A DNA stretch of 63,958 nt, the filler included, from Octopus bimaculoides (lineage: Eukaryota), in NCBI RefSeq assembly GCF_001194135.2. It is 5 parts of 4 records of this genome, joined end to end, with 100 filler letters (N's around TTAATTAATTAA, not from the genome) between each part and the next. Parts side by side here need not be neighbours in the genome. Positions count along the whole stretch, not along the records: positions 15,525 to 41,108 come from NC_068989.1; positions 41,209 to 60,164 come from NC_068996.1; 3 more parts are not named here. One strand, 5' to 3'. This document shows, piece after piece, positions 37,598 to 49,694 of this stretch; positions within the stretch are counted from its first letter, which is position 1, and each line of letters opens with the position of its first letter. Position numbers and translations under genes: made by a program. The notes beneath the pieces were generated by a model. The model was given only the letters and a program-made list of their open reading frames with translations. It searched no databases and was not told the origin of the DNA.

Positions 37598-38270
37598 CAC
37601 CTTTCTTTCCTTCCCTGAGCATCTGCTAATACTTTACATGTACCACTTCCTTGAGTTGTCTTTTTTTTGTGTTCGTTCTTCGTTTTTCTTTATATATATA
37701 TATATATAAACATATGAGCGTGTGTAGAGATAGAGAGAAAGACGTAGAGTTGGGAGAGAGAACTGTGGATCTTTATTTCATTGTGTGTATATATATATAT
37801 ATATATATAACCTGATTTGTTTTCCTCGCATCACTTATCGTTGCATCATTCTGCACAATGTTCAAAAATATGATTATTCTCCAACTCTTTGAGTTCTTTG
37901 TTAACGTTACAACACTAAAATAATTATCTCGATGCGCCTACAATTTATTCGTCTGTACAATGAATATTTAATAAACCTCAGATACTGATTCCGAAAGTTG
38001 CACCCTTTGGTGTATAATCTGAATCACAATGTAGTAGCAGCAGCAGTATGATGATGGTGCAAAGATTTTAGTTGATTTCGTTTATATTGGAGGGGAATAT
38101 GTAAATATTTCTACCACCAACGGTATGTATAGGAAGCCAGCGACACTCAAAAATAAGCTGCATTATTAATTGGTTGATGGATGGTGAAAACGTGCTTCAG
38201 GTGAACTGTGTTTTTAGCAGAAACATGGGAATTTGTGCAAGAATTATAAATATATAACGTATGCCAGACA

Positions 38271-38501
38271 CAAATCGTAGATTTTATATCCTTTTCTACT
38301 CTAGGCACGAGGCCCGAAATTTTGGGGGAGGGGACCAGTCGATTAGATCGACCCCAGTACGCATTTGGTACTTAAATTATCGACCACGAAAGGATGAAAG
38401 GCAAAGTCGACCTCGGCCTAACTTGAACTCAGAAGGTAAAGACAGACGAAATACCGCTAAGCATTTCACCCGGCGTGCTAACGTTTCTGCTCGCTCGCCG
38501 C
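38271..38501 (-). mobile_element. SINE family B
   Basis: Consensus match. The duplicate at 38543-38661 is treated as an assembly artefact. Confidence 0.8.
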
Positions 38502-39029
38502 TTTTCGTAGATTTTATTTTATACTGCTACGTNNNNNNNNNNCGGCCTAACTTGAACTCAGAAGGTAAAGACAGACGAAATACCGCTAAGCATTTCACCC
38601 GGCGTGCTAACGTTTCTGCTCGCTCGCCGCTTTTCGTAGATTTTATTTTATACTGCTACGTAAAAGTTAACAATCTCACTGAGCTTTTCGTTGCATTTTC
38701 GAAGTAATATTTGCATATATATATATATATATATATATACCAGAAAATTTAGGCAAATACGTAAAATTAGATTGGTGTGTTTAAATGTTGAGTAGAGTAT
38801 CGGCACAGTTTAGGCTACCTGTTGTGTTTCGTAATTGTGGTATATTTCCATTGGAGTTATTTCAGGAACTTCGCAGTGACAGTAAGGGTGATAGCATTAA
38901 TTGATAGCAGGAGATGGATTTCGCATTAAACTTTTATCAATGTACCTGAAGAGAGCCAGGCTGATAGGTCGAAGAATGTTATACCTAATAAAAGTCTAGT
39001 ATGACATCCATCTACTATCAATTAATGCT

Positions 39030-39168
39030 ATATATATATGTATCTATGTCTGTATGCCTGTTTCTGTGTGTATGTGTGCTTTGGAAAAGTGAATCTCGAA
39101 GCACAAAAGTTATAAATCATAGCATCTAAATATTGGGCAGTCTTCGACTTTTTCTATCTAGAAGGGTG
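39030..39168 (-). repeat. Right arm of about 140-bp long-range inverted repeat
   Basis: Reverse complement of 37024-37165. Confidence 0.85.
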
Positions 39169-39515
39169 CGAGAGAGAGAGAGAGCGCAAGATAGACCAAA
39201 TTCCATTCCCAAAAAGCACTGATCATTTGCCCAACGTGTAGCGCAGCAGGAGTGAACACAGAACTACATTGTCTTGAAATGGACTTCGTGATCACACAAC
39301 TATAATCTTGCCTTTTTATTTATAATATATAATATTATAATGTAAAAACATAGTTGCAGTGGAAACCTTCGAAGAATCTTCAAAACTGAGCAAGACATCT
39401 GTGATTCAGGGACTTCACGGAAAACTTCTACTTCTCTTCGCCAACCAACGCCTGTCCTCTACATTTATCAACTATCTCTTCCATCATTACTTGGAAAAAG
39501 TACAGTGAAATCTAT

Positions 39516-39563
39516 GGCATACTGATGAGATCAAAGTAAGACCGAAACTTCTCCGTAGATGTC
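39516..39563 (+). ncRNA. Hammerhead motif with intact core and two helix mismatches
   Basis: Sequence ggcata-CTGATGA-GATC aaagtaa GACC-GAAAC ttctcc GT-A-gatgtc. Confidence 0.55.
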
Positions 39564-42500
39564 TACGGTATGTGTCACAAGAATATGAACATATTTCGTT
39601 ATTGTAGTTTATTCCTCGCCGCATAATCATTTTTAGTAAACCTTAGAAACTTATTATGTAGCACGTGTTATGTAATAATAATCAAACCAACCAACCAGCC
39701 AAGCGATCACATATCCATTCGTCTATTCATCTATCCATACACATCTCCAGTCGACCGACCAACTATTCACTCATTCATTCATTCATCCATCCATCCATCC
39801 ATCCCTATACTTCTCCAGTCGATCAACCAACTAACCAACCAACCACCCAACAACAAACACAGGCACTTTTGAAGCTGACAATGGTGACAACTGATGCGGA
39901 AACAACAGAGGTTTGCACTGGAAATGTCAGATATTGAAAACAATGTTTGCAGATGGAAAACTGATATTGTTGTTGTTGTTGTTGTTATCATTTCATTGTC
40001 TACACATTCCTCAAACAACAATCTCAGACCGACAACCACCAACGGCAAAATTCAACATCGTTACTGTAACAACGACGACAATGATGGTAGTAGTAGTAGT
40101 AATAATAATCGTAATAACTTTCATTGGCCACAAGGGCCCAAGACATCGAGAACTACATTTAAATAATAATGATAATAATGAATTCTCTGATATTAATAAA
40201 CGATAATGATAAGAATAACAGCAATAAAGGTAATTATCATTATTAATACTTAAATTATTAATAATATTCTAAAAAAAATATGGTATTTTTTTTAATTGTT
40301 ATAATTACTATAAACCCCCAGTGTATTTTAATATCAGCCCCGCCATCTTTCAACCTTGTTAGAAAAGAAAGAAACCGTTAATGTCTGAGATCCCCCTGGC
40401 CTAGAAAAGAATTATCATATTATTAATATTATTAATAAATAATAATAAGAAGGTTGACAGCAACAATAACGTTATTCCTCTGATTGTGTGCGAATAAGCG
40501 AAGTGGAAGTCTTCACAATTCTATAATTGAAGAGCTGGTTAGTTATGTACGAAGGCAACAAAGAGTAACTTCAGCAATGGAGTAGAATGAAAGGCTTGGA
40601 AAGTCGGTAATAACATTTGGATATGTTTAGGAAACGGAGTTATTTCAGGAAGTCTTTGAATCATAGATATCTAGTGGAGTATCGAGGGTTCTTCTTCGGT
40701 GGTTTCCGCCACCACACATATTATCAATATGTGCGTAGATGTGCACGTGTGGGTATATATATATATGACACAGACATCACGCATACACAACACACGCACA
40801 AATATATAAGGCAGGTCTGTTTTTGCTTTCCTTTTCTGTTTTTGTTCTGTGTGTGCCATAAATATCGCCATCCGTTAGAGAAAAAATTTGTAGTTTGGAA
40901 TCAGTAGTTCTTTGACTGTTATTTCTAAATTTTCAGTATGTTGGAGAAACAACTCATGCTAATCCCTGTATGTTTATGATCATAAATGGTTTTACCGATA
41001 AAGGTTTTTTCATACTGAACTACTTGGCAAAATTGTTAATTATTAATTTTATTACTAATTGACGATTCCCTGCCCTATATCTGTATATATATATATATAT
41101 ATATATATNNNNNNNNNNNNNNNNNNNNNNNNNNNNNNNNNNNNNNNNNNNNTTAATTAATTAANNNNNNNNNNNNNNNNNNNNNNNNNNNNNNNNNNNN
41201 NNNNNNNNGTGTGTGTGATTGTATGCGTGTCTGTGTGAGTGTGTAGTGTTGGTGAGAAGTGTGTGTGTGTATGTGGGTGTGTGCGTGTGTGTGTATGTGT
41301 GTGGATGTGCGTGTGTGTGGGGGATTGTGTGTGTGTGGGATTGTGAGTATTAGGTACGGGTGTGTGTGTGTTTATGTGTCTCTGTATGTGTGTTTCCGTG
41401 TGCGCGTGTGTGTATATTTTCTTTTGTGCGTGCGTGTATGTGTATATTGTGTATGTTTTCGTGCGTGCGTGTGTGTTATGTATGTGATTGAGTAGTGTGT
41501 ATGTGAGAGGTGTGTGTGCGTGTGTGCATGTGTGTATATGTGTATGTGTGCATGTGTGTATATGTGTATGTGTGTTGTGTATGTGTGTGTGTGTGTGTGG
41601 TTCTATGCATGTGAGGGGTGTGTATGTGTGTGTTTATGTGTGTGTGTGCGTATGTGTGTTATTTTGTGTGTGCACTCCTGTGTGTATGCGGCTGTGTATG
41701 TAGGCGTGCGTGTATATATGGGTGTGTGTGTGTGTGTATATATGTGCGTTCGGCTATGTGTGTGTGAGGGTAAAAAAATAAAAATAAAAAAATAAAGAAA
41801 AGTGTTGCAGGGACGTAAAGGGGAGAGTCATAAGGAAGAGAGGGCTGCGTTGAGTCCGAAGGGGAAAGAAGAATTAAGGTTGAAAATNNNNNNNNNNNNN
41901 NNNNNNNNNNNNNNNNNNNNNNNNNNNNNNNNNNNNNNNNNNNNNNNNNNNNNNNNNNNNNNNNNNNNNNNNNNNNNNNNNNNNNNNNNNNNNNNNNNNN
42001 NNNNNNNNNNNNNNNNNNNNNNNNNNNNNNNNNNNNNNNNNNNNNNNNNNNNNNNNNNNNNNNNNNNNNNNNNNNNNNNNNNNNNNNNNNNNNNNNNNNN
42101 NNNNNNNNNNNNNNNNNNNNNNNNNNNNNNNNNNNNNNNNNNNNNNNNNNNNNNNNNNNNNNNNNNNNNNNNNNNNNNNNNNNNNNNNNNNNNNNNNNNN
42201 NNNNNNNNNNNNNNNNNNNNNNNNNNNNNNNNNNNNNNNNNNNNNNNNNNNNNNNNNNNNNNNNNNNNNNNNNNNNNNNNNNNNNNNNNNNNNNNNNNNN
42301 NNNNNNNNNNNNNNNNNNNNNNNNNNNNNNNNNNNNNNNNNNNNNNNNNNNNNNNNNNNNNNNNNNNNNNNNNNNNNNNNNNNNNNNNNNNNNNNNNNNN
42401 NNNNNNNNNNNNNNNNNNNNNNNNNNNNNNNNNNNNNNNNNNNNNNNNNNNNNNNNNNNNNNNNNNNNNNNNNNNNNNNNNNNNNNNNNNNNNNNNNNNN

Positions 42501-42679
42501 NNNNNNNNNNNNNNNNNNNNNNNNNNNNNNNNNNNNNNNNNNNNNNNNNNNNNNNNNNNNNNNNNNNNNNNNNNNNNNNNNNNNNNNNNNNNNNNNNNNN
42601 NNNNNNNNNNNNNNNNNNNNNNNNNNNNNNNNNNNNNNNNNNNNNNNNNNNNNNNNNNNNNNNNNNNNNNNNNNNNNNN

Positions 42680-43018
42680 GAGTAAAAATAAATACAAAAA
42701 AAGGGATTTTGTATGATTGTGTATAGAGGAATATATTATTTTGTTTAAAAGAGTTCCAACTCTGTCTGTTTTTTATGTTTTATTTATATTCTTGTAAAAT
42801 TAATGTGGGATATAGAATATGGAATATACAATATATGATATAAAAATGGATGGTACAATGAAATAAAGTATTGAATGTCTTATTGAATATATGGAATATG
42901 TCTTATTGAATAGATGAAATATTGAGTGTTCAATATAAAGGATTAAATATATAAAGGCGAATACGTATTTTCTATACCTTGTGGTATTTCATCATGGCCG
43001 GTATGACAGACTTTAACA
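42680..43018 (-). repeat. Dispersed repeat R, copy 2 (hammerhead-bearing)
   Basis: Highly similar to 45553-45867, with a short internal duplication. Confidence 0.88.
42954..42999 (-). ncRNA. Hammerhead variant (CAUGAUGA core), weaker copy
   Basis: Sequence ggc-CATGATGA-a-ATACC acaa GGTAT-a-GAAA-ATACGTAT-TC-gcc. Confidence 0.5.
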
Positions 43019-44232
43019 GGGTCATCTCATAAATAATGCGGTTTTTTCAATTTCATGAACTAAAAGTCGGATGGGGACGGGATAAACTACCTGCATCAAC
43101 TTGCTATAAAAGTAGGTAGTAACTTTACTTCGTGCTTATTCTTAGAGCAAGTTTTGAAGAGTGCACTTCGATTTTAACAGTTATTTTTTCAAAGTTATAA
43201 CGGAAGTAAGAAAGGAGCATATTCGGCATATTTTGCTTTATGAGTTTAATAAAGGCAACAATGCAACGAAAAGTGCGAGGCATTTTAATGCAGTATATGG
43301 GGATCAGACAATAAGCGTAAGCCAGTGTCAACGGTAGTTTCAGAAATTCCGAGCCGGAAACTACAGCCTAGAAGATGAGCCTTGTCCTAGATCTGGAGAG
43401 CTCGGTGAAGACATCCTGCAAATCCTGGCGGAACAAAATCCCATCGTAACTGTTGGAGAACTAGCAGAGAAGCTTGGCTTTGGTCATTCAACTATTCATC
43501 GAGACCTGCGTGCCATCGGAAAAGCCAGCAAGTTGGGTCAATGGGTTCATCACAAACTTTTCCAGTTTAATCGCACGCAGAGAGTGAATGTATGCTCTTC
43601 TTTGCTGTCACGTCTCACGAATGAACCTTTTTGGACTGAATAGTGACAGGTGACGAGAAATGGATTCTCTATAATAGAAACACCGGCAACCCAAGTTACG
43701 TAAGATGTTGTTTTCTGTTTGGTGGGATATGAAAGGTTTAGTCCACTTTAAAATGAAACCAAACGATAACAAAGGAGATCTGCTGCGAGCAGCTTGAGCA
43801 ACTTAAGTCAGCGCTGGAAGAAAAACAACCATCTTTGGTTTCAAGACCGTGTTATCCCATCAGGATAATGCTTGGCCACATACAGCGAGGATGACATTCC
43901 AACGGCTGGAGCAGTTTGAATGGGAAACGATGCCCCCCCCCCAGTCACCTTATTCGCCGAACATTGCCCCATCTGATCATCATTTATCCCACAGTCTTCA
44001 AAATTAATTAGGCGGAAAAAAAAGAATTCTATAGACGAGGTCAGAACAGTACTAGAAGAATATTTTTCGTCATGGACAACTACATTTTGGAAGTGGGGCC
44101 TTGCAAATCTACCAGATAGATGGAAGAGAATTCTAGAAAATGAGGGAGAGTATATTTTAAATTAAAAAAAGAACTTTGTTTATCTCAATTTTGAAAAATA
44201 AAAGTATAGAAACCCGCATTATTTATGGGTTA
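43019..44232 (+). mobile_element. Decayed mariner with TIRs
   Basis: TIRs are gggtcatctcataaataatgcgg and ccgcattatttatgggtta. WVHHKL, VTGDEKW and SPYSPNIAPSD remnants are present. Confidence 0.88.
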
Positions 44233-45552
44233 TATATATATATAAAGGTAAGCAGAGTTAGCGGTTATAGTAACCGACTAAGGGATAAAATATCCGTATT
44301 TACTATCGGCTTCTTCTCTAGGCCATGTTTTCTTTCCTATTCTCTGTTTATTTTCTGGATGCTTTTGTATTCACTCTGATGAAACTCCTTGTTCTGGTTC
44401 GAATATCCTATGAAGATGAAGAATATTGTAATTCTTCCGTAGGCGCTGACTGACTTTGGAAGCGGAAATGGCCATAAGAATTATTTTACATAAATGTTAT
44501 GTCATGCTTTGTATTAAAAAATAATCTACACATGTGGTCTAATTAATTTGTTTGTTGATCTAAAGTTTTCTCCATTTTCTGATTATTTAAATATATATAT
44601 ATATATATATATATTTGTTCATATGATGATATCTCCACAATGTGTTGATGATGAGAAAAACATGTAACACAAATAATAAATGAGGATATGCATATATACG
44701 TACATGTATGTACATACCTACATCTACATGTATATATAGNNNNNNNNNNNNNNNNNNNNNNNNNNNNNNNNNNNNNNNNNNNNNNNNNNNNNNNNNNNNN
44801 NNNNNNNNNNNNNNNNNNNNNNNNNNNNNNNNNNNNNNNNNNNNNNNNNNNNNNNNNNNNNNNNNNNNNNNNNNNNNNNNNNNNNNNNNNNNNNNNNNNN
44901 NNNNNNNNNNNNNNNNNNNNNNNNNNNNNNNNNNNNNNNNNNNNNNNNNNNNNNNNNNNNNNNNNNNNNNNNNNNNNNNNNNNNNNNNNNNNNNNNNNNN
45001 ATATATATATATATAAGTATATTAATGTGTATGTGTGTGGTGGGAGTAGATCTAACCAGATTAATCATGTTTCCATTGACTTTTTGCTTGGTCTTTAGGG
45101 GTTTTTTTTTTTTTCAAATTATTGTTGTTAAATATAGATCGGTCGTAACACTCTGACAAAGTGTTAGTACCCTGTAACGGTTTTTGGACATAAGCATGCA
45201 CAGCAGACGAACAGCGACAAGACATCCCATCCCGTCCGACGCTCTAACAATTCTGACAATCTACCGCACTGGACTGTTTTGTTTTTATTTATTTATTTAT
45301 TTAAACAACGCCGAAACAAGAATAGGCAAACTTGGTTACTGTTGGATTTGAACACTGAACTATAGGAAGCTGGGTATCGAGACAAAAACCGCGAAGCATT
45401 CTGTCCAACAGTTTAATGACTGTTAATTCACCACCTTTGAAAACACACACACGCACACACATAAATGTATGTATATGCATATAAACACACATGTATATAT
45501 ACACATACACACACATATATATGTATGCGTATATGTAAATATGTATATATGT

Positions 45553-45867
45553 GAGTAAAAGTAAATACAAAAAATGGGTTTTGTATGATCGTGTATAGAG
45601 GAATATATTACTTTATTTAAAAGAGTTCCAACTCTGTCTGTTTTTTATGTTTTATTTATACTCTTGTAAAATTAATGTGAGATATAGAATATGGAATATA
45701 TAACATATAATATAAAAATGGATGGTACAATGAAATGAAGTATTGAATGTCTTATTGAATATATGAAATATTGAGTGTTCAATATAAAGAATTAAATATA
45801 TAAAGGCGAATACGTATTTTCATACCTTGTGGTATTCATCATGGCCTTCGTCTGACAGACTGTAACA
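45553..45867 (-). repeat. Dispersed repeat R, copy 3 (hammerhead-bearing)
   Basis: Direct repeat of 42680-43018. Confidence 0.88.
45803..45848 (-). ncRNA. Hammerhead variant with one extra A in the core
   Basis: Stem I is AAGGC/GCCTT, the core is C-A-TGATGA, stem II is ATACC acaa GGTAT, then GAA, palindromic stem III AATACGTATT and a UUC triplet. Confidence 0.65.
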
Positions 45868-46042
45868 CACTGTAAATATGTATATATATGTATGTGTGTA
45901 TGTGTGTGTGCGCGTGTAATAATTCTTAGTGGGTAAAATATTGTGTACATCGCACTGTATTTGAATAGTTCAACTGCTAGTGCTGTTGCCCCATATATTC
46001 GTATACACATGCGCGCGCATACAAGCACACATGCACCTCATG

Positions 46043-46082
<40 letters not shown>

Positions 46083-46083
<1 letters not shown>

Positions 46084-46500
46084 GGCGTAGGAGTGGCTGT
46101 GTGGTAAGTAGCTTGCTTACCAACCACATGGTTCCGGGTTCAGTCCCACTGCGTGGCACCTTGGGCAAGTATCTTCTTCTATAGCCTCAGGCCGACCAAA
46201 GCCTTGTGAGTGGATTTGGTAGACGGTAACTGAAAGAAGCCCGTCGTATATATGTATATATATATATATATGTGTGTATGTGTGTGTATATATGTCTGTG
46301 TGTCTGTGTTTGTCCCCCAGCATCGCTTGACAACCGATCGTGATGTGTTTACGTCCCTGTAACTTAGTGGTTCGGCAACAGAGACCGATAGAATAAGTAC
46401 TAGGCTTCCAAAGAATAAGTCCTGGGGTCGATTTGCTCGACTAAATGGCGGTCCTCCAGAATGGCCGCAGTCAAATGACTGAAACAAGTAAAAGATTAAA
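46083..46500 (+). mobile_element. SINE family A
   Basis: Near-identical to 27-420. Confidence 0.88.
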
Positions 46501-46512
46501 AGAGAGTAAAGA

Positions 46513-46557
<45 letters not shown>

Positions 46558-46652
46558 TATGTTTATGCATATGTGTGTGCGTGTGTGTGTGTGTATTTAT
46601 ATATGCATTTATATATGTCTGTATATATATGAATACACACACGCGTGCACAC

Positions 46653-46683
<31 letters not shown>

Positions 46684-46825
46684 TATATGTATGTATGTAT
46701 GTATGCATGTATGTATGTATGTACAAGGGTATCACTAGCATATATCTTTCAGCATTATTGTTGCAAACATTCTTTTTCGGTTTGGCTACCGCCATTGTTG
46801 TAGTTATTTATGATACATATGTGTG

Positions 46826-46895
<70 letters not shown>

Positions 46896-47509
46896 CGTGT
46901 GTGTGAATCTATTTGTGTATGTATATACATCACGCGTGCATCAATGTGTGTATGTCTGAGTGTATGTGTATTTCTGTGTGCACGTATGTGTGTACATGCG
47001 AGTGAGTGAGTGAGTGAGTGAGAGTAAGACACTGCATGAAGTTAAGTGCAACAGGCGACGACTTTGCCACTAGCTGTCTCCAGATGGCGACAGTAGTTAG
47101 TTACTTCCAGTGGTCTTTCCGGTCTCAGCTAGGTTAATGAACGAGAAATTAGCATCTCCATCAGCTAACTTCGCATACGCGAGTACGAGTATTTGTGCAC
47201 ACACCTATTTACATGTGTATGTGTTTGTCTGCCTGTCTGTATGTATATATGTGTGTATGTATGTATCTATGTCAGCGAGAATTGTGTGTGTGTGCGTGTG
47301 TGTCTGCAATAAATATGGCCGCTGGAAGCTTCCCACCCTCTCGATACTATCGTGCCAGACATTTCGGCCCAACATATCCTCGGAAGTAGGCAGGCAGGCG
47401 GTAGGCTGTAGGTAGGATAAGGAGGTATCTTGTGGAATAGTTTACAATTATATCTGATTTCAATGAGATGTGTCAGCGTATGTGTGTGTGTGTGCATACA
47501 TATATATTT

Positions 47510-47513
47510 ACAG

Positions 47514-47568
<55 letters not shown>

Positions 47569-47684
47569 GAGAGATGGATAGATAGATAGATACATACATA
47601 CATACATACATAGAACAATTGAGACAGACAGGCAAACAGGCACGCTGAATGACAAACCCACAGATAGCTAGCTAGCTAGCTAAC

Positions 47685-47741
<57 letters not shown>

Positions 47742-47742
47742 G

Positions 47743-47805
<63 letters not shown>
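47510..47805. repeat. Compound (GATA)n/(GA)n/(ATAC)n microsatellite
   Basis: Directly visible. Confidence 0.9.
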
Positions 47806-48434
47806 CTGTTCAATATCAACTGTAGATTTTTTAATTAATATTTTTTTTAACTAAACAGTTTGAAACTTCGGATATGGTTCAATGTGTCACGTAGAACACG
47901 ATTTACTCTTAGCGTTTTTGACAAAATTTTGTATTTTAGCAGTTATTTCGTTTTAAATTTGTCGTATTTGGTTAATTTTAACCAATCAATGACGTGTATT
48001 CAGCTGAAGAAGTTACTGCTGCTGTTTGCGAACAACTTCCGGCTCATTATTTTAACAAAATCATTACCGAGACAGACCAACGATGGAGCCTGTATGTGGT
48101 TGCATGACCTGCTAGAAAAAGTTGCCGAACATTTTTATATAGAAAATAGAAAAACTACTGACACATTCAACCAAAAATATCAAAAGAACAACATACAGAT
48201 AAGAATTTTGGTTTAAATAGTAAAAGACATTGCATTAGAAGAGCAATTTGAAAGCTATTCGTTGTCTGTATGATATATAAAATAGATATTTAAAAAATTC
48301 TAAATCCAACATGCAAGCTTCGTGAATGAAAATGGAGCAGAATTCCAGCAGATATACAATTAACATGAAATTAATAGGAGTCCGAAGAAATGCCAAACAG
48401 AAAAGCCCGACCCAGATCTGGTAAGTAATATTGG

Positions 48435-49000
48435 TTTCCAAATTTGGCACAAATCCAGAAATTTCAGGAGAGAGGATATAGTCGATTACATTTACCCCAG
48501 TGTTCGACTGGTATTCATTTTATCGACCATGAAAGAATAAAAGGCAAAGTGGACCTCGGCGGAATTTGAACTCAGAATGTAACGACTAACGAAATATCGC
48601 TAAGTATTTTGTTTTGCCAAGTGTGTTAACCATTCTGCCAGCTCACCATCTTCATCTGACAAGAAATTTTGGTTTCAAATTTTGGCAGAAGTTATGCAAT
48701 TTCGTGGGAGAAAGTAAATCGATCACTTATTCTATGAACGCCGAAAGGATGAAAGGCAAAGTCAATCTCGGTGGAATTTGAACTCAGAACGTAAAGACGG
48801 ACGAAATGCCGTTAAGATGGCTAAGTCGATTACATCGACTCCAGTACTCAACTGGTACTTATTTTATCGACCCCCACCCCCGAAAGGATGAAAGACAAAG
48901 TTGATCTCGGCGGAATTTGAACTCAGAACTTAATTACGAACGAAATGCTGCTAAGTATTTCGCCCAGTGTGCTAACGGTTCTGCCAGCTCGACGACTTTA
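48435..49000 (-). mobile_element. Cluster of three SINE family B copies
   Basis: Three successive aaaggcaaagt...ggaatttgaactcagaa cores. Confidence 0.8.
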
Positions 49001-49114
49001 TCTGACAAGAAATATTAAACTGAATGAGAACTAAGTGTATTGTAAAATCGTCTGTTTGTTGATATCTGCACTGAGTTCCTCAGGGAGATCATCATCCTCA
49101 TCATCATCATCATT

Positions 49115-49350
49115 CATCATCATCATTCATCATCATCATTTAACGTCTGTTGTCCATGGCTAGCATGGGTTGGACGGTTTGACGAGTGCTGGTAAGCTGA
49201 GTGGCATGGTTTCTATGATCAGATGCCCTTCCTAATGTCAACCACTCCGAGAGTGTAATGGGTGATTTTACGTGCCGCCGGCACGGGTGCCATTTGCATG
49301 ACACCAGTATCTGCCACGACTACGATTTTACTTGGTTTGATTGGTCTTCT
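49115..49350 (-). mobile_element. RTE LINE 3' UTR fragment
   Basis: Reverse complement of 9830-10052, with a (CAT)n tail. Confidence 0.75.
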
Positions 49351-49382
49351 TCTCAACCACAGCATAATGGAGATATAAACTT

Positions 49383-49690
49383 TTCTACTATAGGCACAAG
49401 GCCTGAAAGTTTGGGGTAGGGGACCAGTTGATTAGATCTCGACCCCAGTACACAACGGGTACTTAATTTATCGAACCCAAAAAGGATGAAAGGCAAAGTC
49501 GACCACGGTGGAATTTGAACTCAGAACATAAAAACAGATGAAAAACCGCTGAGCATTTCGCCCGGCGTGCTAACGTTTCTTATTTCTTTATTGCCCACAA
49601 GGGGCTAAACATAGAGGGGACAAACAAGGACAGACATAGGGATTAAGTCAATTACATCGACCCCAGTACACAACTGGTATTTAATTTATC
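49383..49690 (-). mobile_element. Tandem (dimeric) SINE family B, head-truncated
   Basis: Same junction as 34797-35226. Confidence 0.75.
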
Positions 49691-49694
49691 TTCA

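Noticed and set aside
39850-39960. Non-repetitive stretch as the missing upstream EAAT exon
   Set aside because: No minus-strand frame resembles the TM4c-TM5 sequence, and no suitable TG|gt donor was found.
44370-44450. CTGATGA at 44376 and the hairpin GAAGAAT/ATTCTTC at 44418-44437 as hammerheads
   Set aside because: The GAAA core is missing (GAAT, GTAG) and stem I is poor. At most these are decayed relics.
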